Of a stretch of DNA of 64,000 bases, positions 10,916 to 20,923 are shown piece after piece. How positions within the stretch are numbered: position 1 is the stretch's first letter; each line of letters starts with the position of its first letter. The notes beneath the pieces are model-generated. The model was given only the letters and a program-made list of their open reading frames with translations. It did not search any database and had not been told where the DNA came from. The stretch comes from Alphaproteobacteria bacterium MarineAlpha5_Bin12 (lineage in GTDB: Bacteria; Pseudomonadota; Alphaproteobacteria; HIMB59; GCA-002718135). The stretch covers positions 134,433 through 198,432 of the forward strand of contig PTKS01000003.1 in assembly GCA_002937855.1 (NCBI GenBank), written 5' to 3'. The translations under genes and the position numbers were made by a program.

Positions 10916-11233
10916 ATGTTAGTTTTAATAATCATAGAAATCATATTAGCTTTACTACTCATCATTCTAATTTTATTGCAAGGTAGTGACAATGAAGGAC
11001 TGGGATTGGGTGGTGGTGGAGGTAGTTTAGGAGGCTTGATGACTGCAAGAGGTTCAGCAAATTTCCTTTCTAGATCTACAGCTGTAGTAGCAGCATTATT
11101 TATGATAATGAGTATAATTTTAACTATTGTTGCTTCTAGCGGTAATGAGAAGAATGTTTTGGAATCTCTTACACAAGAAGGTGAAAATGCCTCTGAGATT
11201 ATTGAAGAACCAGCAATTCCTGACACAAACTAA
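10916..11233 (+). CDS. secG: Preprotein translocase subunit SecG
   Basis: 105 aa. Two hydrophobic helices flank a Gly-rich loop (LLQGSDNEGLGLGGGGGSLGG ... ANFLSRSTAVVAALFM). Shows the conserved tpiA-secG-pyrG order. Confidence 0.85.
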   Translation: MLVLIIIEIILALLLIILILLQGSDNEGLGLGGGGGSLGGLMTARGSANFLSRSTAVVAALFMIMSIILTIVASSGNEKNVLESLTQEGENASEIIEEPAIPDTN

Positions 11234-11301
11234 AATATTTAAATATAATTTCATTAAATACTTGTTAATTAAGTAACTTTTATGTATCACGGTATTCCGT
11301 A

Positions 11302-12936
11302 ATGCATTTTATATTTATTACGGGCGGTGTTACGTCCTCACTTGGCAAAGGTTTATCTACTGCTTCATTAGGGCTTCTTCTTCAATTAAAAGGTTATAAA
11401 GTAAGATTAAGAAAATTAGATCCTTATCTTAATGTAGATCCTGGTACAATGTCGCCATATCAACATGGAGAAGTATATGTAACTGAAGATGGAGCGGAAA
11501 CCGATCTTGACTTAGGTCATTATGAAAGATTTACAAATGTAATTGCAAAAAAAACTGACAGCATCTCGGCTGGCGGAATTTATTCGAATGTTTTAAAAAG
11601 AGAAAGACAAGGAAAATATTTAGGATCTACAATACAAGTAATCCCTCATGTTACAGATGAAATAAAAAAATTTATTAAAAGTGACTTAAAAAATGAAGAT
11701 TTTGTTTTATGTGAAATTGGCGGTACTGTAGGAGATATAGAATCATTGCCTTTTTTAGAATCAATTAGACAATTAAGAAATGAAAAAAGTAAAAATTTGT
11801 ATTCAATTATACATGTAACACATGTTCCATGGTTAGAAGTTGCAGGTGAGCTTAAAACTAAACCCACTCAACATTCAGTCAAACAATTACAAAGTGTTGG
11901 TATACAACCTGATTTTCTTTTATGTAGATCTGATAGATTAATAAACCTTGAACTAAAGAAAAAAATATCCCTTTTTTGTAATGTAGAAGTTAATAGAATA
12001 ATCAATGCAATAGATGCAAAATCAATTTATGAAGTTCCTATATTGTATCATAAAGAAAAATTAGATGAAGAATTATTAAAATTTTTTGAAATTAAAAAGA
12101 ACAAAAAAACTATCAATCTTGATAAATGGAAAAAATTAAACAATACTTCTAAAAAATTAAAAACAAATGTTAAGATTGGTATAGTAGGTAAATACATAAA
12201 TTTAGAAGATAGTTATAAATCTTTGGTAGAGGCTTTAAATCATGGAGGATTTGCCAATAATGTAAAAGTTGAGTTAATTTGGATTGACTCTCAAAAAATT
12301 GAAAAGGAAATTGATTTAAAATCCTTAAAAAAACTTAATGGTATATTGGTACCAGGAGGTTTTGGAAAGAGAGGTATTGAAGGAAAAATTAAAAGTATTA
12401 AATATTCACGCGAAAAAAAACTCCCTTTTCTTGGAATTTGCTTAGGTATGCAGATGGCTATTATAGAATATGGCAGAAATGTTATAAAATTAAAAAACTG
12501 CAATTCAACTGAGTTTAAAAAAACTGAAAATCCTGTAATATCACTTATGACAGAGTGGAAAAAAAATGGAAAAATTGAAAAAAGAAGTGATAAAAGTAAT
12601 AAAGGTGGAACGATGAGATTAGGATCTTATCCTTGTATAATTAAGAAAAATTCATTGGCATATAAAATTTATAGAAATACTAAAATTAATGAAAGACACC
12701 GTCATAGATATGAAGTAAATGCAAATTATTTAAATATTTATGAAAAAAACAATTTATCATTTTCCGGAATGTCACCTAACAAAAATCTCGCCGAAATTTT
12801 TGAATATTCAAATCATCCTTGGTTTTTTGGAGTACAATTTCATCCCGAACTAAAATCAAGACCTCTTGATCCACATCCAATTTTTGTTTCTTTTATTAAA
12901 GCTTGTTTAAATAATCTGAAAAATGAAAAAAATTAA
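11302..12936 (+). CDS. pyrG: CTP synthase
   Basis: 544 aa. N-terminal FITGGVTSSLGKG. GATase GICLGMQ and HRHRYEVN. Confidence 0.95.
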   Translation: MHFIFITGGVTSSLGKGLSTASLGLLLQLKGYKVRLRKLDPYLNVDPGTMSPYQHGEVYVTEDGAETDLDLGHYERFTNVIAKKTDSISAGGIYSNVLKRERQGKYLGSTIQVIPHVTDEIKKFIKSDLKNEDFVLCEIGGTVGDIESLPFLESIRQLRNEKSKNLYSIIHVTHVPWLEVAGELKTKPTQHSVKQLQSVGIQPDFLLCRSDRLINLELKKKISLFCNVEVNRIINAIDAKSIYEVPILYHKEKLDEELLKFFEIKKNKKTINLDKWKKLNNTSKKLKTNVKIGIVGKYINLEDSYKSLVEALNHGGFANNVKVELIWIDSQKIEKEIDLKSLKKLNGILVPGGFGKRGIEGKIKSIKYSREKKLPFLGICLGMQMAIIEYGRNVIKLKNCNSTEFKKTENPVISLMTEWKKNGKIEKRSDKSNKGGTMRLGSYPCIIKKNSLAYKIYRNTKINERHRHRYEVNANYLNIYEKNNLSFSGMSPNKNLAEIFEYSNHPWFFGVQFHPELKSRPLDPHPIFVSFIKACLNNLKNEKN

Positions 12937-13738
12937 AATAAATAATTTTTATATATCTAACAATCATCCTTTTACTTTGATTGCTGGTCCATGTGTATTA
13001 GAAAATAAAAAACATACATTTATGATGATAGAAAAGTTACAAAATCTTACAAAGAAATTAAAAATTAATTTTATTTTTAAAACAAGTTTTGACAAAGCTA
13101 ACAGGACTAGTATTAAAAGTAAAAGAGGAGTCGGAATTAAACATGCAATCAAAATTTTTGAAGAGATTAAATTAAAATATAATTGTCCAATTTTAACTGA
13201 TATTCACAATGAAATACAAAGTTCTATGCTTTCTAATGTCGTTGATATAATTCAAATCCCAGCCTTTTTATGTAGACAAACTGACATATTAACAAGTGCA
13301 GCAAAAACAAATAAAATAATTAATATTAAGAAAGGTCAATTTTTATCACCTTATGAGATCAATGAAGTAATTAAAAAAATAACTGAGCATGGCAATAATA
13401 AGATACTTTTAACAGAAAGAGGTTATGTATTTGGCTACAATAACCTAGTAACTGATTTTAGATCTATAGATATAATGAAAAAAACAAAATTTCCTGTAAT
13501 TTTTGATGCAACTCATTCAATACAAGAACCAGGAATAAAAGGAAGTTCTACAGGTGGGAGGAGAGAATTTATTCCGACTTTAGCTAAAGCAGCAGTTTCG
13601 TCTGGTATTGCTGGATTATTTATTGAAACTCATAATAATCCTAATATTGCACCTAGTGACGGATCAAATATGTTACCATTTAAAAATTTAGAAAAACTAT
13701 TAAAAATTTTAATACAAATAGATAGAGTCATCAAATAA
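12923..13738 (+). CDS. kdsA: 3-deoxy-8-phosphooctulonate (KDO8P) synthase
   Basis: 271 aa. Motifs AGPCVLE and QIPAFLCRQTD. 14-nt overlap with pyrG. Confidence 0.93.
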   Translation: MKKIKINNFYISNNHPFTLIAGPCVLENKKHTFMMIEKLQNLTKKLKINFIFKTSFDKANRTSIKSKRGVGIKHAIKIFEEIKLKYNCPILTDIHNEIQSSMLSNVVDIIQIPAFLCRQTDILTSAAKTNKIINIKKGQFLSPYEINEVIKKITEHGNNKILLTERGYVFGYNNLVTDFRSIDIMKKTKFPVIFDATHSIQEPGIKGSSTGGRREFIPTLAKAAVSSGIAGLFIETHNNPNIAPSDGSNMLPFKNLEKLLKILIQIDRVIK

Positions 13739-13742
13739 TACT

Positions 13743-15026
13743 ATGCCAAAAATTAAAAATGTATTAGCTAGAGAAATTTTAGATAGTAGAGGAAATCCAA
13801 CTATTGAATGCGATATTATATTAGAAGATAATTCATTAGGAAGATATTCAGTTCCATCCGGAGCCTCAAAAGGAAAATATGAAGCACATGAACTTAGAGA
13901 TAATGATAAAAATCGCTATCATTCAAAAGGTGTATTGAATGCAATAAGCAATATTAATAAAATTTTAAAAGATAATATTATTAATATTGAAGTTCTTGAT
14001 CAAGAATTAATTGATAATAAATTAATATCTTTAGATGAATCCGATAATAAATCAATTTTAGGTGCAAATTCAATTTTAGCGGTTAGTATGGCATGTGTTA
14101 AAGCTGCAGCAAATTATGAAAAAAAATATTTATTTGAATATTTATCGGATGAAAGTTCTCATATACTTCCTGTTCCCATGATAAATATTATTAATGGTGG
14201 GATGCATGCAGATAATAATGTTTCAATCCAAGAGTTTATGATTGCCCCAATAGGGTTTAATAAATTTAAAGAAGCACTTAGAGCAGGAAGTGAAATTTTT
14301 CATAATTTAAAAAATATACTAAAAAATAAAGGACTAAATACAAGTGTGGGTGATGAAGGTGGATTTGCTCCGCATTTAAAATCATCTAATGAAGCAATTG
14401 AATTAATTTTAGAAGCAATATCAAAAACTGGATATAAACCAGGTAAAGAAATTTATATTTCACTTGATGTCGCATCATCAAGTTTTTTTGAAAATAATTT
14501 ATATAAAATTTATAATGAAGAGAAAGCAATAAATAGTGAAAATATGTGTGAATACTTGATTAAATTAACGAATGACTATCCTATCTATTCTATTGAAGAT
14601 GGTTTAGCTGAAAATGATTTTGAAGGTTGGAAAATTTTATCTTCAAGACTCAATCATAAAATTCAATTAGTTGGAGATGACCTTTTTGCAACAAATTTAA
14701 AACTCTTAAAAGATGGAATAAACAATAATATTGCAAATTCAATATTAATTAAACCAAATCAAATTGGTACATTAACAGAAACTAAAAATGTTATAAAACA
14801 TGCTAAATTAAACAATTATTCATGTGTAATTTCTCACAGATCAGGTGAAACTGAGGACACTTCTATAGCCGATCTTGCTGTAGCTTTCAAAACGGGTCAA
14901 ATTAAAACAGGTTCTATTTCAAGGTCTGATAGACTCGCAAAATATAATCAACTTTTAAGAATTGAAGAAATCCTAGGAAATAATGCTCTATACGCAGGAA
15001 ACAATATTTTGAAATTTGAAAAATAA
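13743..15026 (+). CDS. eno: Enolase
   Basis: 427 aa. Motifs LDSRGNPT, IKPNQIGT and SHRSGETED. Confidence 0.95.
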   Translation: MPKIKNVLAREILDSRGNPTIECDIILEDNSLGRYSVPSGASKGKYEAHELRDNDKNRYHSKGVLNAISNINKILKDNIINIEVLDQELIDNKLISLDESDNKSILGANSILAVSMACVKAAANYEKKYLFEYLSDESSHILPVPMINIINGGMHADNNVSIQEFMIAPIGFNKFKEALRAGSEIFHNLKNILKNKGLNTSVGDEGGFAPHLKSSNEAIELILEAISKTGYKPGKEIYISLDVASSSFFENNLYKIYNEEKAINSENMCEYLIKLTNDYPIYSIEDGLAENDFEGWKILSSRLNHKIQLVGDDLFATNLKLLKDGINNNIANSILIKPNQIGTLTETKNVIKHAKLNNYSCVISHRSGETEDTSIADLAVAFKTGQIKTGSISRSDRLAKYNQLLRIEEILGNNALYAGNNILKFEK

Positions 15027-15050
15027 TGAATTTGTTTTATATATATTAAT

Positions 15051-15371
15051 ATGAATAGATCAATAAATTTCAAAAAAAGGTTATATAATTTCTTATTTTT
15101 GTTATTTTCTTTTTTTGTATTTTTTTATTTAATTTATATTTTATTTCTTTCAGAAAGAGGAATAATTAATCTTTTTACATTGCAAAATGAATTGATTATT
15201 AATACTAAATTATATGATGAGATTACTCAAAATAACAACGATTTGATAAAAAAAATAGATAAATTAAAAATTGAAAATTTAGATTTAGATTATTTAGAAG
15301 AATTAAATATTAAAAAAAACGGTATTGTTAATAAAAATGATATTTTAATAGTTAATTCAAATAATAATTAA
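15051..15371 (+). CDS. ftsB: Septum formation initiator (FtsB/DivIC family)
   Basis: 106 aa. One N-terminal TM helix followed by a coiled coil. Conserved eno-ftsB-pdhA position in alphaproteobacteria. Confidence 0.65.
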   Translation: MNRSINFKKRLYNFLFLLFSFFVFFYLIYILFLSERGIINLFTLQNELIINTKLYDEITQNNNDLIKKIDKLKIENLDLDYLEELNIKKNGIVNKNDILIVNSNNN

Positions 15372-15389
15372 TCAATTATTAATAAAAAA

Positions 15390-16355
15390 ATGACTCCAAA
15401 ATTAGTTAAAAAAGATTATCTAAAAATGTATAAAACAATGCTCACTATTAGACGTTTTGAGGAAAGAGCTGCTCAATTGTACGGAAGAGGACTCATTGGA
15501 GGATTTTGTCATTTGTATATCGGCCAAGAAGCAGTTGTAGTAGGAATTTTAATGACTATCGATCAAAAAGATACTGTTGTCACTACATACAGAGATCATG
15601 GACATATGATAGCAAGAGGTTTGGAGCCAAAGAAAATTATGGCTGAACTTACTGGAAGAATTGATGGATATTCAAAAGGCAAGGGTGGTTCGATGCATAT
15701 GTTTTCAAAATCAAAGAGTTTTTATGGAGGTCACGGTATTGTAGGCGCACAAGCTCCTGTAGGAACAGGTATTGCTTTAGCTCATAAATATAAAAAAGAT
15801 AAACAAATATGCAGAACATATATTGGTGATGGAGCAATGAATAACGGACAAGTATTTGAATCATTTAATATGGCTTCAATTTGGAAATTACCAGTTTTAT
15901 ATATAATAGAAAACAACCAATATGGTATGGGAACTTCAGTATCAAAAGTTGCTGCTGGTTCTGATTTATATAAAAGAGGTGAACCATTCGGAATACCTGG
16001 GACTAAAGTAGATGGTATGGATGTTTTAAAAGTTAGAGAAGCATCTTATAAAGCTACTAAATATGTTAGGAGTGGAAAAGGTCCTTATATTCTCGAAATG
16101 CAAACTTACAGATTCAAAGGACATTCTATGTCTGACCCTGCTCAATATAGAACTAAAAAAGAATTAGAAAATTACAAATCTAAAGATCCCATAGAAAAAT
16201 TAAAAAAAATAATAATTAAGAAAAAAATACTCCAATTAAAAGAAATAGAAAAAATTGATGATTCTATTTTTTCTGAAATAAAAGAAGCAGCTGAATTCGC
16301 TGAAAATAGTCCTAAGCCTTCTATAAATGATTTATATAATGATGTGTATGCATAA
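15390..16355 (+). CDS. pdhA: Pyruvate dehydrogenase E1 alpha subunit
   Basis: 321 aa. TTYRDHGH, and a ThDP-binding GDGAMNNGQ ... NN motif. Confidence 0.93.
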   Translation: MTPKLVKKDYLKMYKTMLTIRRFEERAAQLYGRGLIGGFCHLYIGQEAVVVGILMTIDQKDTVVTTYRDHGHMIARGLEPKKIMAELTGRIDGYSKGKGGSMHMFSKSKSFYGGHGIVGAQAPVGTGIALAHKYKKDKQICRTYIGDGAMNNGQVFESFNMASIWKLPVLYIIENNQYGMGTSVSKVAAGSDLYKRGEPFGIPGTKVDGMDVLKVREASYKATKYVRSGKGPYILEMQTYRFKGHSMSDPAQYRTKKELENYKSKDPIEKLKKIIIKKKILQLKEIEKIDDSIFSEIKEAAEFAENSPKPSINDLYNDVYA

Positions 16356-16358
16356 GAT

Positions 16359-17756
16359 ATGAATAGTAAAATTTTAATGCCAGCTTTATCTCCAACCATG
16401 AAAGAAGGAAAATTAGCAAAATGGCTAAAAAAAGAAGGCGACAAAATAAATCCAGGAGATGTAATAGCTGAGATTGAGACTGACAAAGCTACAATGGAAG
16501 TTGAAGCTGCAGATAAAGGAATTTTATCTAAATTACTTGTTGCAGAAGGTGCTGATAATGTCAAAGTAAATGAAGAAATTGCTATACTTATTACTGAAGA
16601 ATCTTCGAATAATAATAAAAAAAATGTTAAAGCAGAAAAAGATATAATCAAAAATAAATTATCAATTAATGATAATAAAAAATTAGATAATGAAGATAAT
16701 AATCAACAAAAAAATATAAATACATCAGAAAAACACCTTATTAAAGATAAAGAAATTTCATCTTATAAAGATTTAGAAAAAATTAGTGTCAGAGAGGCTA
16801 TAAATTCAGCAATCCGAGAAGAAATGAAAAGTGATAAATCAGTTTTTTTAATAGGTGAAGAAGTAGGTGAGTACCAAGGTGCTTATAAAGTTTCAGCTGG
16901 ATTGTTAAAAGAATTTGGCAAGGATAGAATTATAGATACTCCTATATCTGAAGAAGGTTTCACAGGTTTAGCTATAGGGGCGGCGTTTAATGGATTAAAA
17001 CCAATAGTAGAATATATGACATTTAATTTTTCTATGCAAGCGATTGACCAAATAGTTAATACAGCATCTAAAACTCATTATATGTCTGGAGGTCAAATTA
17101 ATGTCCCTATAGTTTTTAGAGGTCCAAACGGAGCCGCATCTCAAGTAGCAGCACAGCATAGTCAAGATTTTACAAGTTGGTATGCTCATTGTCCAGGATT
17201 GAAAGTACTATCTCCATCAAATGCTGCTGATGCTAAAGGATTATTAAAATCTGCAATAAGAGATCCTAATCCAGTAATTTTTTTGGAAAATGAAATATTA
17301 TATAATTATGAAAGTAATGTTCCTAAAGATAAGGATTTTTTAATTCCAATTGGTAAGGCTAAAAAAATAAAAGAAGGTAATGATGTGACCATTATTTCAT
17401 ATTCATTATGTGTAAACATTTGTTTAGAAGCATCTTTAATTCTTGAAAAAGAAGGTATTAAATGTGATTTAATAGATTTAAGAACAATAAGACCTATCGA
17501 TAAAGAAACAATTATAAATTCAGTAAAAAAAACTAATAGAGCAGTTTTAATCGAAGAATCCTGGCCATTTTGTGGTGTCAATTCTGAAATTTCTTCAATA
17601 ATTATGGAAAATGCTTTTGATTATTTAGATTCACCAGTTCTAAGAATTAATAGTAAGGACGTTCCAATGCCTTATGCCTTAAATTTAGAAAAAGAATGCC
17701 TACCTAAAAAGGAAGACATTATAGAAGCAGTAAAAAAAGTTTGTTATAAGGATTAA
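16359..17756 (+). CDS. pdhB: Pyruvate dehydrogenase E1 beta subunit with N-terminal lipoyl domain
   Basis: 465 aa. Residues 1-80 form a biotin/lipoyl attachment domain with [12 protein letters not shown]. An N/K-rich linker follows, then the transketolase-like E1-beta body ([17 protein letters not shown]). Confidence 0.93.
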   Translation: MNSKILMPALSPTMKEGKLAKWLKKEGDKINPGDVIAEIETDKATMEVEAADKGILSKLLVAEGADNVKVNEEIAILITEESSNNNKKNVKAEKDIIKNKLSINDNKKLDNEDNNQQKNINTSEKHLIKDKEISSYKDLEKISVREAINSAIREEMKSDKSVFLIGEEVGEYQGAYKVSAGLLKEFGKDRIIDTPISEEGFTGLAIGAAFNGLKPIVEYMTFNFSMQAIDQIVNTASKTHYMSGGQINVPIVFRGPNGAASQVAAQHSQDFTSWYAHCPGLKVLSPSNAADAKGLLKSAIRDPNPVIFLENEILYNYESNVPKDKDFLIPIGKAKKIKEGNDVTIISYSLCVNICLEASLILEKEGIKCDLIDLRTIRPIDKETIINSVKKTNRAVLIEESWPFCGVNSEISSIIMENAFDYLDSPVLRINSKDVPMPYALNLEKECLPKKEDIIEAVKKVCYKD

Positions 17757-17757
17757 A

Positions 17758-18615
17758 ATGTATAAAGCATCTCCATTAGCAAAAAAAATAATTAAAGAAA
17801 AAAACCTTATAATAGAAAATATTAAAGGCTCTGGTCCTAATGGAAGAATTATTAAAAGAGATTTAATAAAAAAAAATGAAGAAGATAATTTAAAATTTAA
17901 GACTATTGAAAATTTTCAAGAAGAACAACCATCGCAAATTAGAAAAGTAATTGCTGAAAGAACTTCAGAAGCATTTAAAAATATTCCACATTTTTATCTC
18001 AGAATTGAGTCGAAAATTGATAAGTTAATCAATTTAAGAAAAATTATTAATAACACTAATATTAAAAATAAAGTTTCATTAAATGATTTATTTATAAAAG
18101 CTGTTGCAATTGCACAAAAAAATAATCCTCAAACTATGTGTAGTTGGTCAAATAATAAAATAATTAAATATAAAGATGTCGATATTTCTTTTGCAGTAGC
18201 CCTTAAAGAAGGATTAATTACACCTATTATTCGTTCAGCAGATAAAAAAGGAATTACAGAAATATCAAAAGAAACAAAAAATTTGATACAAAAAGCTCAA
18301 AAAAAAGAACTTTTACCTCAAGAATATAATGGAGGTACAATTACAATTTCAAATCTTGGGATGTATGGAATCGATGAATTTGATGCTATTATTAATCCAC
18401 CTCAGTCTTGTATTTTAGCTTTAGGACATGCTAAGAAAAAAATAATTTATCAAAATGATGAAATGGTTACTGCAACAGTTTTAAAATCTACTTTATCTGC
18501 AGATCATAGAATATTAGATGGCGCTTCAGCAGCAAAATTTTTACAAAATTTTAATAAAATTATAGAAAACCCTCTTGAGATATGGATAAAAAGTAAAGAT
18601 TTAAAATTAAATTAA
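17758..18615 (+). CDS. pdhC: Dihydrolipoamide acetyltransferase (E2) lacking a lipoyl domain: only the E3/E1-binding and catalytic domains
   Basis: 285 aa. Starts directly with a peripheral-subunit-binding domain ([33 protein letters not shown]), followed by the 2-oxoacid acyltransferase catalytic domain ([10 protein letters not shown]). No DKA lipoyl-lysine motif is present. The start is 1 nt after the pdhB stop, so there is no room for an upstream domain. Confidence 0.85.
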   Translation: MYKASPLAKKIIKEKNLIIENIKGSGPNGRIIKRDLIKKNEEDNLKFKTIENFQEEQPSQIRKVIAERTSEAFKNIPHFYLRIESKIDKLINLRKIINNTNIKNKVSLNDLFIKAVAIAQKNNPQTMCSWSNNKIIKYKDVDISFAVALKEGLITPIIRSADKKGITEISKETKNLIQKAQKKELLPQEYNGGTITISNLGMYGIDEFDAIINPPQSCILALGHAKKKIIYQNDEMVTATVLKSTLSADHRILDGASAAKFLQNFNKIIENPLEIWIKSKDLKLN

Positions 18616-18616
18616 T

Positions 18617-19555
18617 ATGAAATATAGACATCCTGAAAAGAGAAATAATCCAGATTCTGAAATATTAAGAAAACCTAGTTGGATTAGAGTTAAGGCTCCA
18701 GTTAGCTTAAAATATAATCAAACTAAAAAAATAATTAAGAAAAATAATGTAGTTACAGTTTGCGAAGAGGCTGCGTGTCCTAATATTGGTGAATGTTGGG
18801 AAAAAAAGCATGCGACATTTATGATTATGGGAGATACTTGCACGAGGGCCTGTGCATTTTGCAATGTAATTACAGGAAAACCAAAAGCTTTAGATAAGTT
18901 TGAGCCTTATAGAATATCAGAAACAATTAAAGAATTAAACCTGAACCATGTAGTTATTACAAGTGTTGACCGTGATGATCTAATTGATGGTGGTGCAAGT
19001 CATTTTTTTGATGTTATTACTATGATAAGAAAAAAATGTAAGAATACTACAATAGAAATTCTTACTCCAGATTTTTTGAAAAAAGACGGAGCATTAGAAA
19101 TTATAATTTCATCAAAACCAGATGTATTTAATCATAATATAGAAACAGTACCTCGTTTATATCCATCTATAAGGCCTGGATCTAGATACTTTGCAAGTTT
19201 GAATTTATTAAATTCTATTAAAAAGAATGATCCAAAAATATTTACTAAATCTGGATTGATGGTTGGATTAGGTGAAAACAAAAGTGAAATATTGCAAGTT
19301 ATGGATGATTTAAGAACTGCAAATGTCGATTTTTTAACTATTGGACAATATTTACAACCAACTTTAAAACATGCAAAAGTTGATAGATTTATCAAACCAG
19401 AAGAATTTGAAAGTTATAAGTCAATAGCCTACTCTAAAGGTTTTTTATTGGTCTCATCTTCTCCCTTAACAAGATCAAGTTATCATGCTTCTGAAGACTT
19501 TAAAATATTAAGAAAAAAAAGGTTAGCTAATTTAGGTATTAAAAATTTGAATTAA
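18617..19555 (+). CDS. lipA: Lipoyl synthase
   Basis: 312 aa. [13 protein letters not shown] auxiliary cluster and radical-SAM CTRACAFC. Confidence 0.95.
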   Translation: MKYRHPEKRNNPDSEILRKPSWIRVKAPVSLKYNQTKKIIKKNNVVTVCEEAACPNIGECWEKKHATFMIMGDTCTRACAFCNVITGKPKALDKFEPYRISETIKELNLNHVVITSVDRDDLIDGGASHFFDVITMIRKKCKNTTIEILTPDFLKKDGALEIIISSKPDVFNHNIETVPRLYPSIRPGSRYFASLNLLNSIKKNDPKIFTKSGLMVGLGENKSEILQVMDDLRTANVDFLTIGQYLQPTLKHAKVDRFIKPEEFESYKSIAYSKGFLLVSSSPLTRSSYHASEDFKILRKKRLANLGIKNLN

Positions 19556-19559
19556 ATTA

Positions 19560-20003
19560 ATGCCAAAATCACATCAAAAAAAAAATTTAGCTTACAATGC
19601 AGTTGATCTTTTTGATATTGTTATTGATATTGAAAAATATTCCGATTTTATTCCCTGGTGTTCAAAATCTAAAATTATATCTAAAAAAAGAAATAAAATA
19701 ATTGCTGATTTAGTTATATCATATAAATTTATTAACGAAACTTTTAGATCATATGTAGATTATGATAAAAAAAAACTTAGTATTTATATTAATTATACTG
19801 AGGGACCTCTAAAATCATTAATTACAAGTTGGAAATTTAATAAAATAACCAATAAAAAAACTGAAGTTATATTTGATATTGAAATTAAATTTAAATTTTG
19901 GGTTTTTAATAATTTATTAAAGAAATTTTTTTCACAAATCGAAAAAAAAATGATAAATGCTTTTGAGAAACGTGCTAAAGAGATTTTATCTAAAAATTCT
20001 TAA
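19560..20003 (+). CDS. SRPBCC-fold protein (COQ10/RatA-like cyclase/dehydrase family)
   Basis: 147 aa. Its size and its position immediately after lipA match the conserved alphaproteobacterial lipA-associated SRPBCC gene. There is no strong motif, so the call is by context and general fold pattern. Confidence 0.65.
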   Translation: MPKSHQKKNLAYNAVDLFDIVIDIEKYSDFIPWCSKSKIISKKRNKIIADLVISYKFINETFRSYVDYDKKKLSIYINYTEGPLKSLITSWKFNKITNKKTEVIFDIEIKFKFWVFNNLLKKFFSQIEKKMINAFEKRAKEILSKNS

Positions 20004-20451
20004 CAAGTAATTCAATAGATTTTTCAGTAGCTTTTTTTTGTATATTAATTCTTGAACCTTTAAAAATATTTTTATAAACTTTAGTAATTTTCTTATTTGA
20101 AATTGCAATGTATACTAAACCCAATGGTTTTTTCTTTGAAAAACCTGTTGGACCTGATATTCCTGTGGTTGAAATTGAATAATCACTTTTTGTAATTTTT
20201 AAAATATTTTTAGCCATTTCTATTGCAACTTCTTTACTTACTGCTCCATATTTTATTAATGATTCTTTTTTTACATTAAGAATTTTAATTTTTGATGAAT
20301 TTGAATATGCTATGACTCCACTAATAAATATTTTTGATATTCCAGAAATTTTAGTTAATTCATAACAAATTCTACCACCCGTACATGATTCTGCTATAGC
20401 TATTTTGTATTTCTTTTTTAGAATTTTTTTTATGTTATTTTTAATAAACAT
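19990..20451 (-). CDS. CinA C-terminal domain protein (nicotinamide-nucleotide amidohydrolase PncC-like)
   Basis: 153 aa. Motifs AESCTGGRI and SISTTGISGPTG. Confidence 0.8.
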   Translation of the reverse strand: MFIKNNIKKILKKKYKIAIAESCTGGRICYELTKISGISKIFISGVIAYSNSSKIKILNVKKESLIKYGAVSKEVAIEMAKNILKITKSDYSISTTGISGPTGFSKKKPLGLVYIAISNKKITKVYKNIFKGSRINIQKKATEKSIELLVKNF

Positions 20452-20923
20452 AGATACTAAATATAAATAAAGTAATTATTGTGTATAATGCTGCGATTAA
20501 ATCATCAAGAATAATCCCCAATGGATTTTTAAAATTTTTATCAATTAAATTAATTGGATATATTTTTAAGATGTCAAAAAACCTAAATACTATTAAAGAA
20601 ATAAAATAAAGTAAAATTATATTTATTTTATCAAAGTAAGGAAAAAAAATAACAATTAAATAGCAGCCCAGAAATTCATCAATTATAATTTCAGGAGCAT
20701 CCTTCTCTTTGATATTTTCAATATATAATTTTATTGAATAATTTGAAATAATTATAAGAATGAAAAATAATAATATAAATATTTCATAACTTATAAAATT
20801 AGAAATTATAAATAAAATAATTAGTGATATGAAAGAGCCTATAGTTCCTGGCGCAGGTTTAAAATAACCAATAGAAAATAAAGTTACAATTTGTCGATTA
20901 TTTTTTATAAAAAACTTATACAT
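20441..20923 (-). CDS. pgpA: Phosphatidylglycerophosphatase A
   Basis: 160 aa polytopic membrane protein with KPAPGTIGS and EIIIDEF motifs. Confidence 0.8.
   Translation of the reverse strand: MYKFFIKNNRQIVTLFSIGYFKPAPGTIGSFISLIILFIISNFISYEIFILLFFILIIISNYSIKLYIENIKEKDAPEIIIDEFLGCYLIVIFFPYFDKINIILLYFISLIVFRFFDILKIYPINLIDKNFKNPLGIILDDLIAALYTIITLFIFSIYVY

Noticed and set aside
10912-11226. 104-aa minus-strand ORF almost exactly mirroring secG
   Set aside because: The plus-strand product has the canonical SecG architecture and sits in the conserved tpiA-secG-pyrG position. The antisense ORF is a low-complexity by-product (PPPPPNPSPS from the Gly-rich loop codons).
16172-16651. 159-aa minus-strand ORF spanning the pdhA/pdhB junction
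   Set aside because: It is antisense to two strongly recognisable genes. Its composition is S/F/I-rich and low complexity. Long antisense ORFs are expected in AT-rich DNA with few antisense stop codons.
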